DNA of 64,000 nucleotides from Vulcanimicrobiota bacterium (lineage in GTDB: Bacteria > Vulcanimicrobiota > Vulcanimicrobiia > Vulcanimicrobiales > Vulcanimicrobiaceae), in NCBI GenBank assembly GCA_963702335.1, contig CAVPCC010000016.1, positions 49,528 to 113,527 of the forward strand. The letters run 5' to 3'. The position numbers and the translations under genes were made by a program. This document shows, one piece after another, positions 39,315 through 50,200 of the stretch; position 1 is the first letter of the stretch, and each line of letters starts with the position of its first letter. Below the pieces are notes generated by a model. It was not told the DNA's origin and searched no databases. It saw only the letters and a list, made by a program, of their open reading frames with translations.

Positions 39315-42044
39315 TTATGGGGTTCTCCGTGAGTGACGTACGTAGCAGGGGGCTGTCCGCTCGAGCCGACAATGTGGCATAAAGATCAAAAAGGTGTTGG
39401 AGGCGCTTGGTGTCGTCCTTGAATTTTCGCCCATAGACGAATTCTTCTAAGTAAGTATCGTTGTCTCTATGAGCGGATAGCAAATCAGGGGGCATCGTTT
39501 CAGGGTTATAGAGCCATGCAATGGTCTTGCCAGGGTGCTTTGCGCGCGCCTTAAGAATAGCGTTTGCATTTTCGGCGAGTGCGCGGTTTTGGTCGCTCGA
39601 AATACCTGGAATGGGAAACGTGTTGTATGCCAGACCGCTTGAGTAGCGGATACGATTTTTAGTTTTCCGCCAACTACTTCAGTCCAAATACGTACCATTC
39701 TCGAGGAGATGATGGCAAACAGAGATGCAGGCGCTCCGTACACTACGTACATTTGATTGTTGGCGATGTCTCGCGCCGACAGCAAGCCGACCTGTAAGTA
39801 TTGCCGGCGCTCAGATGACACTTCGGGGATGACGATGCCATCTTCGTCGCGATGCGTTATGAAGCAAAAGCGATGTGGAGTGCTTGCAACGCGCCTCTTG
39901 TTGCGGCCGCCGGACTCGCGGTCCTGGCGCGTTTTCGCGATGCGTGCCGCAACAGGGGGGATCGTCGCCGCTAGTGGCAGCGTGTCGTCAGTAATCCATA
40001 GGACGTAACGTTCAATGTTGTAAAGAAAATCCTCGGAACCGTAAAAGCGCCGAATGAGCGGCGCAGATTCCGGATAATCTGCAAGCATTTGTCGCTTTTC
40101 GGTTGGCGTCAGGATAAGGTGACCGCCATCACTTGGTTCATCGCCTTTGACGACCGCTGGAAAGTCGCCAATAGGTGTTGTGCGACGAGCGACGACAAGG
40201 TTGTGTGACGATGGCACGAGATACGCGTTGATGTTTGGCGTAGAAAGATGGTACGAATCGGTGTAGAGCGTCGCCGGTACCGATTGCTCTTTCTTTCCGA
40301 TGCCGATAATAACGCAAGAGACGCCGGCGTTATGGGATGCGCTGTTTGCCCACTTGAAAGTTGTATGCGCGAAAATAATTCGAAGGCCGTGCGAAAAAAT
40401 GTACGGCCACAATAGCGGAACCTGCTCACCTTGACACACGGAGTTAGTCGCAACAAGAGCCGCTAACGTTGTTTTGTCGGCATTGATGTAGTTGGTCGCC
40501 TTGATTAGCCAGCACGCGACGTAGTCTACCTTAGTGCTTCCACCAAGAATCCCTAAAAACACCCTTTTCACATCGGCCCTTTGGTCAGGTGTCTGGCCGT
40601 ATACGCCTTGATAGGGAGGGTTGCCGCAAATATACGTTTCGCGATCGGCTCGTAATGGACATACATTGAGCCAGTCGAGATGAAGAGCATTTGCGCAGTG
40701 AATTGTTTCAATTTTGGACAGCGGAAGTGTCGGTCGTGTATTCCCAAAAGTCTTCTTAAAAAGGCCGTTCATCTGGTGCTCAGCGATCCACAAGGATAAC
40801 TTCGCGGTTTCGCAAGCGAAGTCGATGACGTCAATGCCAAAAAAGTTATCAAGTGAAATGCCGGATAAATGAAGTTGCGAGGTCCCTGTGATCTCGGCGA
40901 TACGGCTAAGCGTCTGAATCTCGAGATGGCGTAGTGCTTTGTAAGCGATGACGAGAAAGTTTCCTGAGCCGCAGGCCGGATCAAATACACGAAGTTTTGA
41001 AAGGCGGTCGAGAAGCCCGTTGAGTTTAGTAAGCGATCCATTTGCCTTCGCGTATGCTTCGTGCAATTCGTCAAGAAATAGCGGCTGCAACACCTTCATT
41101 ATATTAGGCACACTTGTGTAGTGCATGCCAAGGTCGCTACGCGTGCCATCCTGCGCGATGGTCTGGATCATGGAGCCAAAGATGTCTGGATTGACTGTTG
41201 TCCAGTCGAGGTCGCCGCATTCTAGCAACTGCCGGCGTGCAGTACGGTCGAATTGCGGAATTTCAACGGTATCCTCGAAAAGGCTGCCGTTCACGTACGG
41301 AAACTTGCCTTCGACCATCGGCGTGCTCTTTGTTCGCGATGTTTCCTCGACGTTCATGATACGGAACAAACGATCAAGTAACGGCGCTACATCGTTGCCA
41401 CTTTCGCTGGTATATTGCGTGACGGTGTTTGTGAACACCTGAGGTTCGTCGAATATCCCGGTGTCTTCTGCATAGAAGCAGAAGAGCAGCCGCGTCATCA
41501 GCAGATTGAGTTCATGCGTGTGGTGACCGCTGCTCCACGTTGGATTTGCGGCGAGGATGGAATCGTAGAACTTCTTGAGTTTCTTAGCCGCCTTGATGTC
41601 GGCCGGATGTTCCTCGACGACGTTGCGGCGTTCGAAGCCGGCCAATGGTAAAAGGAAATCGGACTTTTCATCCAGTTTTGCGAACTGGACGTTCAGCGTG
41701 TCGTCGCTCTGCATATCGCGAGCATGAACGTGCTCGCCATTCGCGACGACAATAAACCGCGGCTTGTGCTTCGCGGTTAACGGATCGGCGGCGAGCGCAT
41801 CACCAATGGCTCCGACGTCCTCGCCAGTTCCAGCCGGTCGGAAGAAGAGGTGTTTCTTCCAGAGGACGTCACGGGGCTGTTTCGCAGCGTTCGTTGTGCC
41901 GTTTTTAAGTCGGCTAACGGTGACCTTGGACGCATTGTAGATGCCCGCGAGATCATAAGGGAATGTTGCCGGATCGAACGGTTTCGCGACCAGGTCTCTT
42001 ACGGCAAATTCGATTTCAGTTGGGTTCATACGAGTGGAAGTCAC
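39307..42044 (-). CDS. MmeI-family (type IIL-like) N6-adenine DNA methyltransferase with TRD, endonuclease motif apparently lost (frame shift at T5 run 39656-39660)
   Basis: Colinear with my recollection of MmeI. Shared segments: LLMTRLLFCFYAEDTGIF, FPYVNGSLFE, WTTVNPDIFGSMIQ, LGMHYTSVPNIMKVL, FDPACGSGNFLV (motif I), CGNPPYQG (motif IV), NSVCQGEQVPLLWP and VGGKLK|NRIRYSSGLAYNTFP...YNPETMPPDLLSAHRDND. The last 62 aa are in ORF 39307..39495. Confidence 0.88.
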
Positions 42045-42700
42045 ACGTCCTTGTCACAGCAAGTAAGGGGCATTTCCCTTCTTCCGAGGGAATATACACC
42101 ATACTCACCATACTAGCGGGCCTTCGTCGCTGTCGCAAGCGCCTGGCCGCCCAGGCGGTAACAGGGAACGCGCCGGGTCAGCCGTGGGTGCGATGCCAGA
42201 ATGTGGTGAGGCCCTTACATGTCGCAAACTCGGCTTGCCGGTGCCATCAGTCGAGATCTGCGTAAAACGCCGCGCGGTGCGATTATCGGCTCGATGACGA
42301 TCGTGGATTGGCTTACAGTGGCGCACGTGCCCAGGAGCACCGGCCGTGGGCGATGGGGCTCTACTGCTACGTTGTTGCGGGCGCGCGTCTTTTTAAGACG
42401 CCGATTCCCTGGAAAGGCAGTCTTGGGTTTTCCAGGTGCCCGACGAGGTAGTTCGGCGCGCGCTGCGTTCATCTCATTCGCGACGCCGTTAACTGCCCAG
42501 CGTCGGCGCGGATGCCTGCCGTCTCTGCAGAATCAGGGTGCCGGCCTAAAATACCTTTGCGACGGGCCGTACGCCGAAGTGTCGCTGCTTACGTTTATTC
42601 AGGATCACGCCCGTCCGAGGTCGTGCACTAGCAGCGACTCCAGCTCGCGGGCGTGCTTCCGGTTCGCGACCCCTTTTGGCCCATTGAAGCTGCTGTTGTG

Positions 42701-45700
42701 CTAAAAAATGCCGCTCTCAAACTCATCATCCGTTGCTTTCGCGCGGTCTCGCTCTCTTGACAAGCCACATCGCAAGTCTTCCTTCCATGCAGCAATTTTG
42801 GGATTCCCAAATGCTGGTATATCTTCGACCAATTCAAGCCGTTCGTCGTAGTAATCAGCCATCGGGCCAACAGTCATAAAGCTGTGAAAGTTAGCATCCA
42901 AGTTCCTAAGGACATCGTCACGGTCGCCAAAATGTTGAAGCAACGCCTTCATCAGATCCGAAATTACAAGGGGCGCATTACGCTTAGCGACAACCATTTG
43001 GCCCCTATATGCGAGAAACCAAGGAACATCATCTGGATAACTTCGCGCGAAGTCGACCAAAGTATCGAGCGGTAGAACTTCCAGCGCAAGCCGGTGACCA
43101 ACTTCACCCGGTTCGTTGTATTGCATCGCGTTGAGCAACTCCCATCGTTCCCGTCGATCCAACGAACGATATGCCTCACGAAGTCTTAGCCACGTGCTGC
43201 TGTCGCGCAGAAGATCACGCCATAACCCAGACGCTCGATACTTTTCGTGAAACCCAGCCCCAGAAAGTGCGAGTGCAAGCATCTGGTCCGCCAGGTGAAC
43301 CGCGAAGCCATGATTCTTCTGCAAAATACGTGGTATGATCTTAAATAGGCTCCACTCGAGTGTGTTCGGCAACGGATTCTCGACAAACTTACTCTCGATG
43401 ACGATACGTGCAAATACATTATCGAACGAGTGCGTCTGTTCTACACCAAATATGAGCATATGCACGACGGATGCGTACCATCCGCGATCAATCAGCACAT
43501 TTGCGAGCTCTGCTATTAGGGATGGCTCGATATCTGACAAGCGCTTCCCGACGAAGGCATACCCCGAAGGTTCCTGCTCTAGCATGCCGTCGCGGTATGC
43601 TCCAATGAGTCGGCGCACGTCCTCAGGCAAAAAACGCGGTTGGCTGGAAAGCAGCGGCAAAGGCTGGCGCGAGCGTCTTGTCTCCGGCAATGCGTTGGAG
43701 AATCAGTTGCCGCAGTTCAGGGTCTCGATCGGCGATCACCTGAATCATTCCGGTCAGTGCAAGTTCGTTGCGCGGCGGAGCCGCAGTGCGATACGCGTCA
43801 ATGGCAAACTCCGCAAGCGCCGGCAGATCAGCTGTCATCTCTGCTACACGTTGTCCATACGAAAAGGCCAGCGAGTGATGTCCGCTACTGAGTGCATTGA
43901 TGACTTGTTTAACCTCACCGCAGTCCATTGTGGCAGCCGCAAACTTTTCAAGCCGCTCCAGTGAAACATCAACGACCGTTCCATCGCGCTCCTCCAGATT
44001 GCTCGGCGGAGCCGTAACGTATACTCGAACGCGATCTTCAAGACTTGAGGGCTCCAGTAAGCCTAGCATGCTCTCCGCAGCTGCTCGGTCCTCAATTGGG
44101 GCATCTTTAAGCTCGTAGTTAAGAACCCAGGTTAATCGTTCGATCGCTTTAGGCCACGCGCCACCAGACAACGATTTTAGTGCTAGGCGTAGATCATCCC
44201 ATCTCCGATAACGCACGAGCGTAATAGTCGCATCAGCAATAACATCCCGTGCAAGTTCTAATCCCTTCTCGCCAATTGACGCCAAGCGCAAAGCCCGTTC
44301 TACACCGCTGCGGTAATAATCAAAAATCTCGTCCCAGGTTTGTGGTCTCCACTCGACGAGTTTCGGACGTCCGCCTTGCCACTCCGGGCCCAAACGAATA
44401 CAGCCGCCTTCGTGTTGAAACATCCGTTTGAGATTCCCAGCGATTACCGATTCTTTGTTGTTTCGGTGGCTCTCAAACATCTCGTCGAGCACCTGTAGTC
44501 TATTACGCGGAGGCGCTTCGGTTTGCGAGCCGAGTAGTCCAAATAGTTTATGAAGTGTACCAGTCGCATTATTGGTATAGGTGCTGTTCTCGTTGCAAGA
44601 TAAAGCGAATAGAACACGAGTGCGTTGATGAATTGCTCGTGATGAAAGGCCATGCATTCTAGAGCGAAAACCAGTGTCTGGCGCCCTTTTGAGTCATCTA
44701 TAGACCGTAACTCGTCATCACTAAGGCGCAATAGTGTCCGAGCAAGAGCGGAGGCCGCTGAAGTCGGGTCCACCTCCGATAAAGCGTACACAAAGTCTGC
44801 GTTGCCGCTACCAATAATGCCGTCTAGCGTCCCAAATCGCCCATTAGGTGCGAAAAGCTCTTCGGCCAGTCGCACGGCGGTAGGAGTACTAATTTCGTGA
44901 AAACGCTTTGCGAGCGAATCAGCCAACGATTCTGGCAGATTATTAAATAGCCGCTCTTTTGTGTCAGGCAATGCATCAAGTAGCCATTCATGTGCTAGAC
45001 GAATCGCCAGCGGCGGTGGCGTAACTCTCCAGTATCTTCCAATAGTGGCGATGAGCCCGCTCCGCTGATAAGCTCAGGATAGGCCGGTAGAAACGTTCCC
45101 GTGATATGTCAGGAGCGAACATCGATCTTAGAACGTCCCACTCATCTTTGACATTATCCACGTGCCCTACGTGATCGAAAAGCGCTAGTAGGCGTAGCAC
45201 CTTTGGCGCATCTAGATCGCTATCGTTGGAAATCAAGCGCTGGGTCAACTCATCATCTCGGAGGGATGCGATATGCTGCTGCCCAGCCTCGACTGCGTCC
45301 AGAACGATCAAAGCCATTAAGGGCCAACCTTGAGCGTAATCAACGATACGTCGGATATCTGCATCGTTGAACCTTATGTGAAGATCGGCACGACCGACAA
45401 CGTACGCCCGAACGATACTTTCGATAGTGGCGTCGTGCAACGGTTGAAGAATCCGCATTGGACGCTGAATCGGTCTGTGTACTTATTGTGATAGCGGTTA
45501 GATTCGTTCCGTGAATTTCTTGGGCGATTCGATTATGAAGTTCGAGCGTGCAGTCGTCGACTACGATTATGCCGCGAGTTCCGGCGCGTTTCCAATGGGG
45601 TAACGCCCTTAATAGATCGACTGATGCCGGGAAACCGAGCATTAAAGTATACAGCGGCGTCCTTCGCATTTTCGGCGGCTCGCAGCGTTTCCAACGCTAC

Positions 45701-46596
45701 ACGTGTCTTGCCCAGGCCAGGAGCACCCGTAATTCTGTAAACCGCTCCCGATGCATCGAGTGTCTCGCGAATCCCTTTGACTATTTCGTTAGTTCCGTCG
45801 GACGGGACGTAGGGGTTCTGAAAGTGTGCTTGCCGTTGCCATTCGTCGAACGTGATGAGTGTAGTGGCTCAGAGCGACCCGTTGCTCGCAACACAAAAGT
45901 TCGCGCCCAGAGATCTTGACTGGCCCACGCTGCGATCTCCTCGGCAGCAAAGATTGCAATTGTAACTCCGTTCGAACGAAGGTGCCGTTCCGCTGCCTCG
46001 ACCATCGAGCAAATTCGGATTTCTTGTTGTTCTGCAGTTAGATCGGCGGAACAGAAGAGCACGTATGCGCCGCTCGCCGCAAGGACATTGCGTATCGCCG
46101 GTTTTAGGTCACTCCGATCGCGCCGCTCGATCTCGCGAACCAGGCTCCGACGCGCTCATTCCGCGTCCAGACTTCGCCTGCCAGACAATTTGCCGCGCAG
46201 GAAGGTGCGGTGTGCGCTCGCGGCCGTCCTGCCAGTGAATGGTTCCGTCGACGCCGCCGTCTGCCACGGTAATCCGCCTTGTGGTTCGCATCGTAGCGTC
46301 GAGGCCGTTTTGTAAGGCCTCCGCTCGGATGAGGTGATTGAGCAACATCACGAAATCCGAAGGGCTGAGTGCTTCAACGTCCTCCGGACCGATGTCGAAC
46401 GGACTTGCGGCGCGACTCGGCGACGGCGCGACGTCCATTCGCGCAGGTGTCGCTGGACGGTAGCAAGGCTACCCTCGCCGAGGTGGTCGCGAACAGCGCG
46501 AGATGTCGGCCGTGCTCCGCTTCCCAAGAGCCGGTTTGCCGCAGCCGCAACTTGTTCGTACGTGATCCCGGGTCTGCCGGGGGAAGTGGTACTCAT
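42701..46596 (-). CDS. NLR/STAND-type NTPase locus: KfrA-like HTH + Mrr-like nuclease-like domain + P-loop NTPase + long helical repeats (~1300 aa if one protein; at least 7 frame breaks)
   Basis: Joined minus-strand ORFs 46348..46641, 46109..46438, 45781..46062, 45340..45669, 44988..45458, 44444..44971, 43623..44657 and 42701..43690. Motifs:
- ITYEQVAAAANRLLGSGARPTSRAVRDHLGEGSLATVQRHLREW (KfrA_N-like);
- LSPSDFVMLLNHLIRAE...ITVADGGVDGTI...QIVWQAKSG (D...QxK);
- Walker A GAPGLGKTR (45704-45727);
- Walker B GIIVVDDC;
- IVDYAQGWPLMAL. Confidence 0.65.
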
Positions 46597-47248
46597 AGTA
46601 AAATTATGGATTCGAATCAAATCATATCGGACCCTTGTCAAAGGAAGGGGACGTGGGAACTTCTGTCGTAGGCCCGGGCCAAGGCGCGTGGAGCGCCCCA
46701 GCGCAAATGTACTCAGCCCCGGCGCAGGGGCCGACGGAAACGCGCGAGAGGGCCGGCAATCTTTTTGGCGACCGGGTCGGCGGCGACGGCCAACGACTCG
46801 GTCGTCGCGCGGTATGATGACTACGATTCACATTACGGTAGGTCAGATCAAACGGCATAACGCGCCTGCTCTGCACCGCAGAGCGTCGCACCGGTGACTA
46901 TCGTTCACGAGCGCCGAAAGCAAGGGGCGAAACCGCAGTCATTTACTTATCGCGTACGAACTGATCGTACGGTGAACTATCGAGTGCGCGAAGCGGGCGT
47001 GCGGGGTTTCTTCACGCCTTGGCTCGACGCGGAAATTGATCCGCAGCCAGCGTTCTCGAAGCACCGTTGTCTGAGACAATACGGATCGTTCCCGACTCGA
47101 AGACGGCGCACGTGGCGCAGTTGTTCTTCACATCAGAACAGTCGGTTCTACAAGCGGAGATTCAAGATGGCGTTTGCCCTTCACTCGAGCCTCCGCCAAT
47201 GCTTCGCCGGCCTGCAGATGCTGCTGAGGTCCGCGTGCCGCGTCACTT

Positions 47249-50200
47249 ATGAGCATAATGGATGATCTAAATGTCCGTTCTGCGGCCGACCCTCTGCGCG
47301 GATACGAGTATCAACTCTACCGTTCCGTGCTGGACTGGTTGTCATTACCAGTCGGCGATCGGCTATTTCTTGAGCGCGGCGAAGACTTATTGACTTTGGG
47401 AAGCAAGGGCGAGCAGCAGCATCAGCAAATCCGGGATGTCGCCGCGCCCATTTCCCTCAACCAACAGAAAACACTCCGTTCGCTCGAATACTTTTGGACA
47501 GACCCGAACCACTGAACCGCGCGCCAACTTCAGGTACATTACGACCGGCGACATCGGAGTTGAACAGGGCCAACCTTTTGGACCCGGAGTTAAAGGCGTC
47601 GCATTATGGCAACAAGCACGGCGCTTGGGAACGCTGGAAGCAGAAGAGATAACAGAACGTATTCGCAAATATCTTCTCAACAAAGGCAAAATCGGAGGCG
47701 AACTAAAGGCTGCGCTTGGGACTAAATCGTGAAGATCTTCATCGCGAGTTAATCGTTCCATTCGATTGGTTACTAAAGCGCCAACTACTGAAACGATCCG
47801 CCAACAGGCTCTTGGCGTCCTAATTGAAATTTCGGCGGACGCGCAGTATCGCATTCCGACGCAGGAAGCAGAAAGCGTCTTAAATACCCTCGTGACGGAG
47901 GTTCTACGCGTCGCCGCGAGAGAGCCAACTGAATGTTTGACACGCGGAACACTCCACACCATTCTGTCGAATCATGCACTGCGGCTTGTACATCCGGGTG
48001 ACCTTCAAGACATGATGACGACGATTGCGACTCAGGTAATCACGCAGGCTGGCGGAAGATCTGTTGAAACCTCTGTATCGCTAGCGCCGCCGCCTCTACC
48101 AATGCAATACCTGCGTCGCGAACGCATCTATGGCGCCGTTCTGTCCGCGCTACAACGGCGATCTTTTTGCTTCATCAGCGGAAGTGTCGGAACCGGTAGA
48201 GATCCTCGCCAAAGACATTGCTGCACACGGAGCGTGGTCGTGGCTTGCACTACGAGGTTTGTCCGGGGTTGCGGCTGCGGACCCGCATTGACCGCGCATG
48301 GCGTGAGACTCTGCGATTGAGAGACCGTCGATAGTGTCGTAGTAGATGATATCAACTTCGATGAAGACACCGGGGCTGTGGTTGACTCCGTCGCTCGGCT
48401 CTTGAACACGCTGCGATCACGGAATGCGTAACCTCGTTGGAACCAGCTCGCGCGGCATGCCGACTCGGCTCGAATCGCTTGTCGGCATCGAAACATCACA
48501 TGCGATCAACGTCGATTACTTTGACGTAGCGGAAATTTCGACGCTTCTGTTAGAGTTTGGCGCGACGCCGGGAAGCATGCAAGGTCTCTTGCCGTTCGTT
48601 TGGCTCCCGCAGCTTCGGTGGTCACCCCAGACTCGTCATTGCACATATTGCCGCATTGAAGCGCTTAAATTGGGACATGGATACGTTCAGAAGAGCAGGC
48701 ACGCTCGGGAGTTGCGAACATTCATCTCGATATTCGGCGGCTGGTGAAGTCTCTTCAGCGTGAAGAGCGTTTGTTTCTATATCGTCTCAGTCTGGCGCTC
48801 GTATCGCTTTCGCGAAAGCAACTGGTACACTTGGCTTCCGTCGCTCCGCGGATTGAGGAGCCAGGGCTTGTCATTGACCGGCTCACTGGCCCATGGCTTG
48901 AGCTTGATGCCACGGGAGCCGTACGCAAAACTCCACTTATATCCGGATTATGTGAAGAAGTGCTGGACGCCCAGGATGTTATCGCGCTCCATGCCGGCAT
49001 CGCCGACGCACTCTTAATTGAACGCTCGTTACGGCTCGATGACGTTGTCGGTACTTTATGGCACGGAATCCACGGTGGGAACCAAGACGCAATCGCCTTC
49101 CTGTTGGCAGCATTATTACAGCAAGGTGACGGTATTATTCGATCTGCAGCGCGGTCGGCCGAATTTTTCGTAAGATGGCGCACTGAGGGCGATTCTACCA
49201 TACCGTTCTCCAGACCCGTCGTGCGTCTTGTTGTCCGCATGGCGCAAGTACGCATGGCGTCGCTATTAGAAAACGGTGATCTCGTGAAGGCGGTAGTCGA
49301 TGCTGCTGAACGCGAGATGCCCGACGCCGGCAACACGAGACGCAAGCGATCTCTTTCGACGGCTACGTACTGGTCTTCGGGCGCCTTTCGATCGAATCGA
49401 TGACTCGCCGCGCTATAGCGTGGGCAAAAAAAGCCAGCAACGACCCGGCTTTCTCCCGTATAGAAAGCGGCCGCGGCCAGAAGACGCGCCGGTCCACGGC
49501 ATCGTCTGCTCTGGAGATGGCAGCGAGCATGGTTCTCGGACGAATTCGAAATTCCAACGACCTTCAGGCCATGCTACGCGCCCTTGTCGCAGCACCCGAA
49601 GAGGTCCGGCGCGAGTTCCTGGAGTGGTTAGGTGACTCTCGCTTTATGCTGCGGGGCGTGTTTGGACAGGCCGAGTTACTCGAATTTGACCGTGGGGAGC
49701 CGCGTTGGCAAGACGTCGTAACGGCCGTGCAGCACTTATTTCAAGTCGCGATTGGACTGAACTTGATTCACGTCGCCAGATTGTGCGCGGGGGAAATAGT
49801 CAAAATCATCGCGGGTCCATTGAACAATCCGGCGCAGGCGTTGGATGAGTTGACGAAAATAGAGCACGAAATCGGTACGGACCCACTCGTGTCCTGCGCT
49901 CGAGCGCATGCCCTATTTCGGGCCGCGCATTACGACCGTGCACTTGATCTGTGGCAAACTGTGTTACCCGACTCAGGTGACCCCGCCGATCTGCAATCCT
50001 CCGACGAGGCGAGGTACGCCGCGATGGCGGCTGCTGCGTTGGGGCGCTACAAAGACGCAAAGCATTGGCTATTGTGGGCGCGGGAGCGCCTTTCTGAAGA
50101 GTACTTTGGGCTTTCGCGCGCTGTACTGGCTGTCGATGCGGCATTTGCTTCGTGGAAGGCCTTCGAAGACATGGAGGCGTGCCGACTGCTGAGGCTTGGC

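Noticed and set aside
42219-42704. 161-aa plus-strand ORF in the GC-rich spacer of the island.
   Set aside because: It has an Arg/Ser-rich low-complexity composition, no recognisable domain, and no start context. It is treated as non-coding spacer (see the finding on its structure).
46597-47248. Small ORFs (46635..46817, 46894..47265, 46622..46891) in the divergent region between the two NLR-like loci.
   Set aside because: No motif, start context or consistent frame is visible. The minus-strand pieces (e.g. NNCATCAVFESGTIRIVSDNG) look like scattered remnants, so the region is left as a probable regulatory or decayed spacer.
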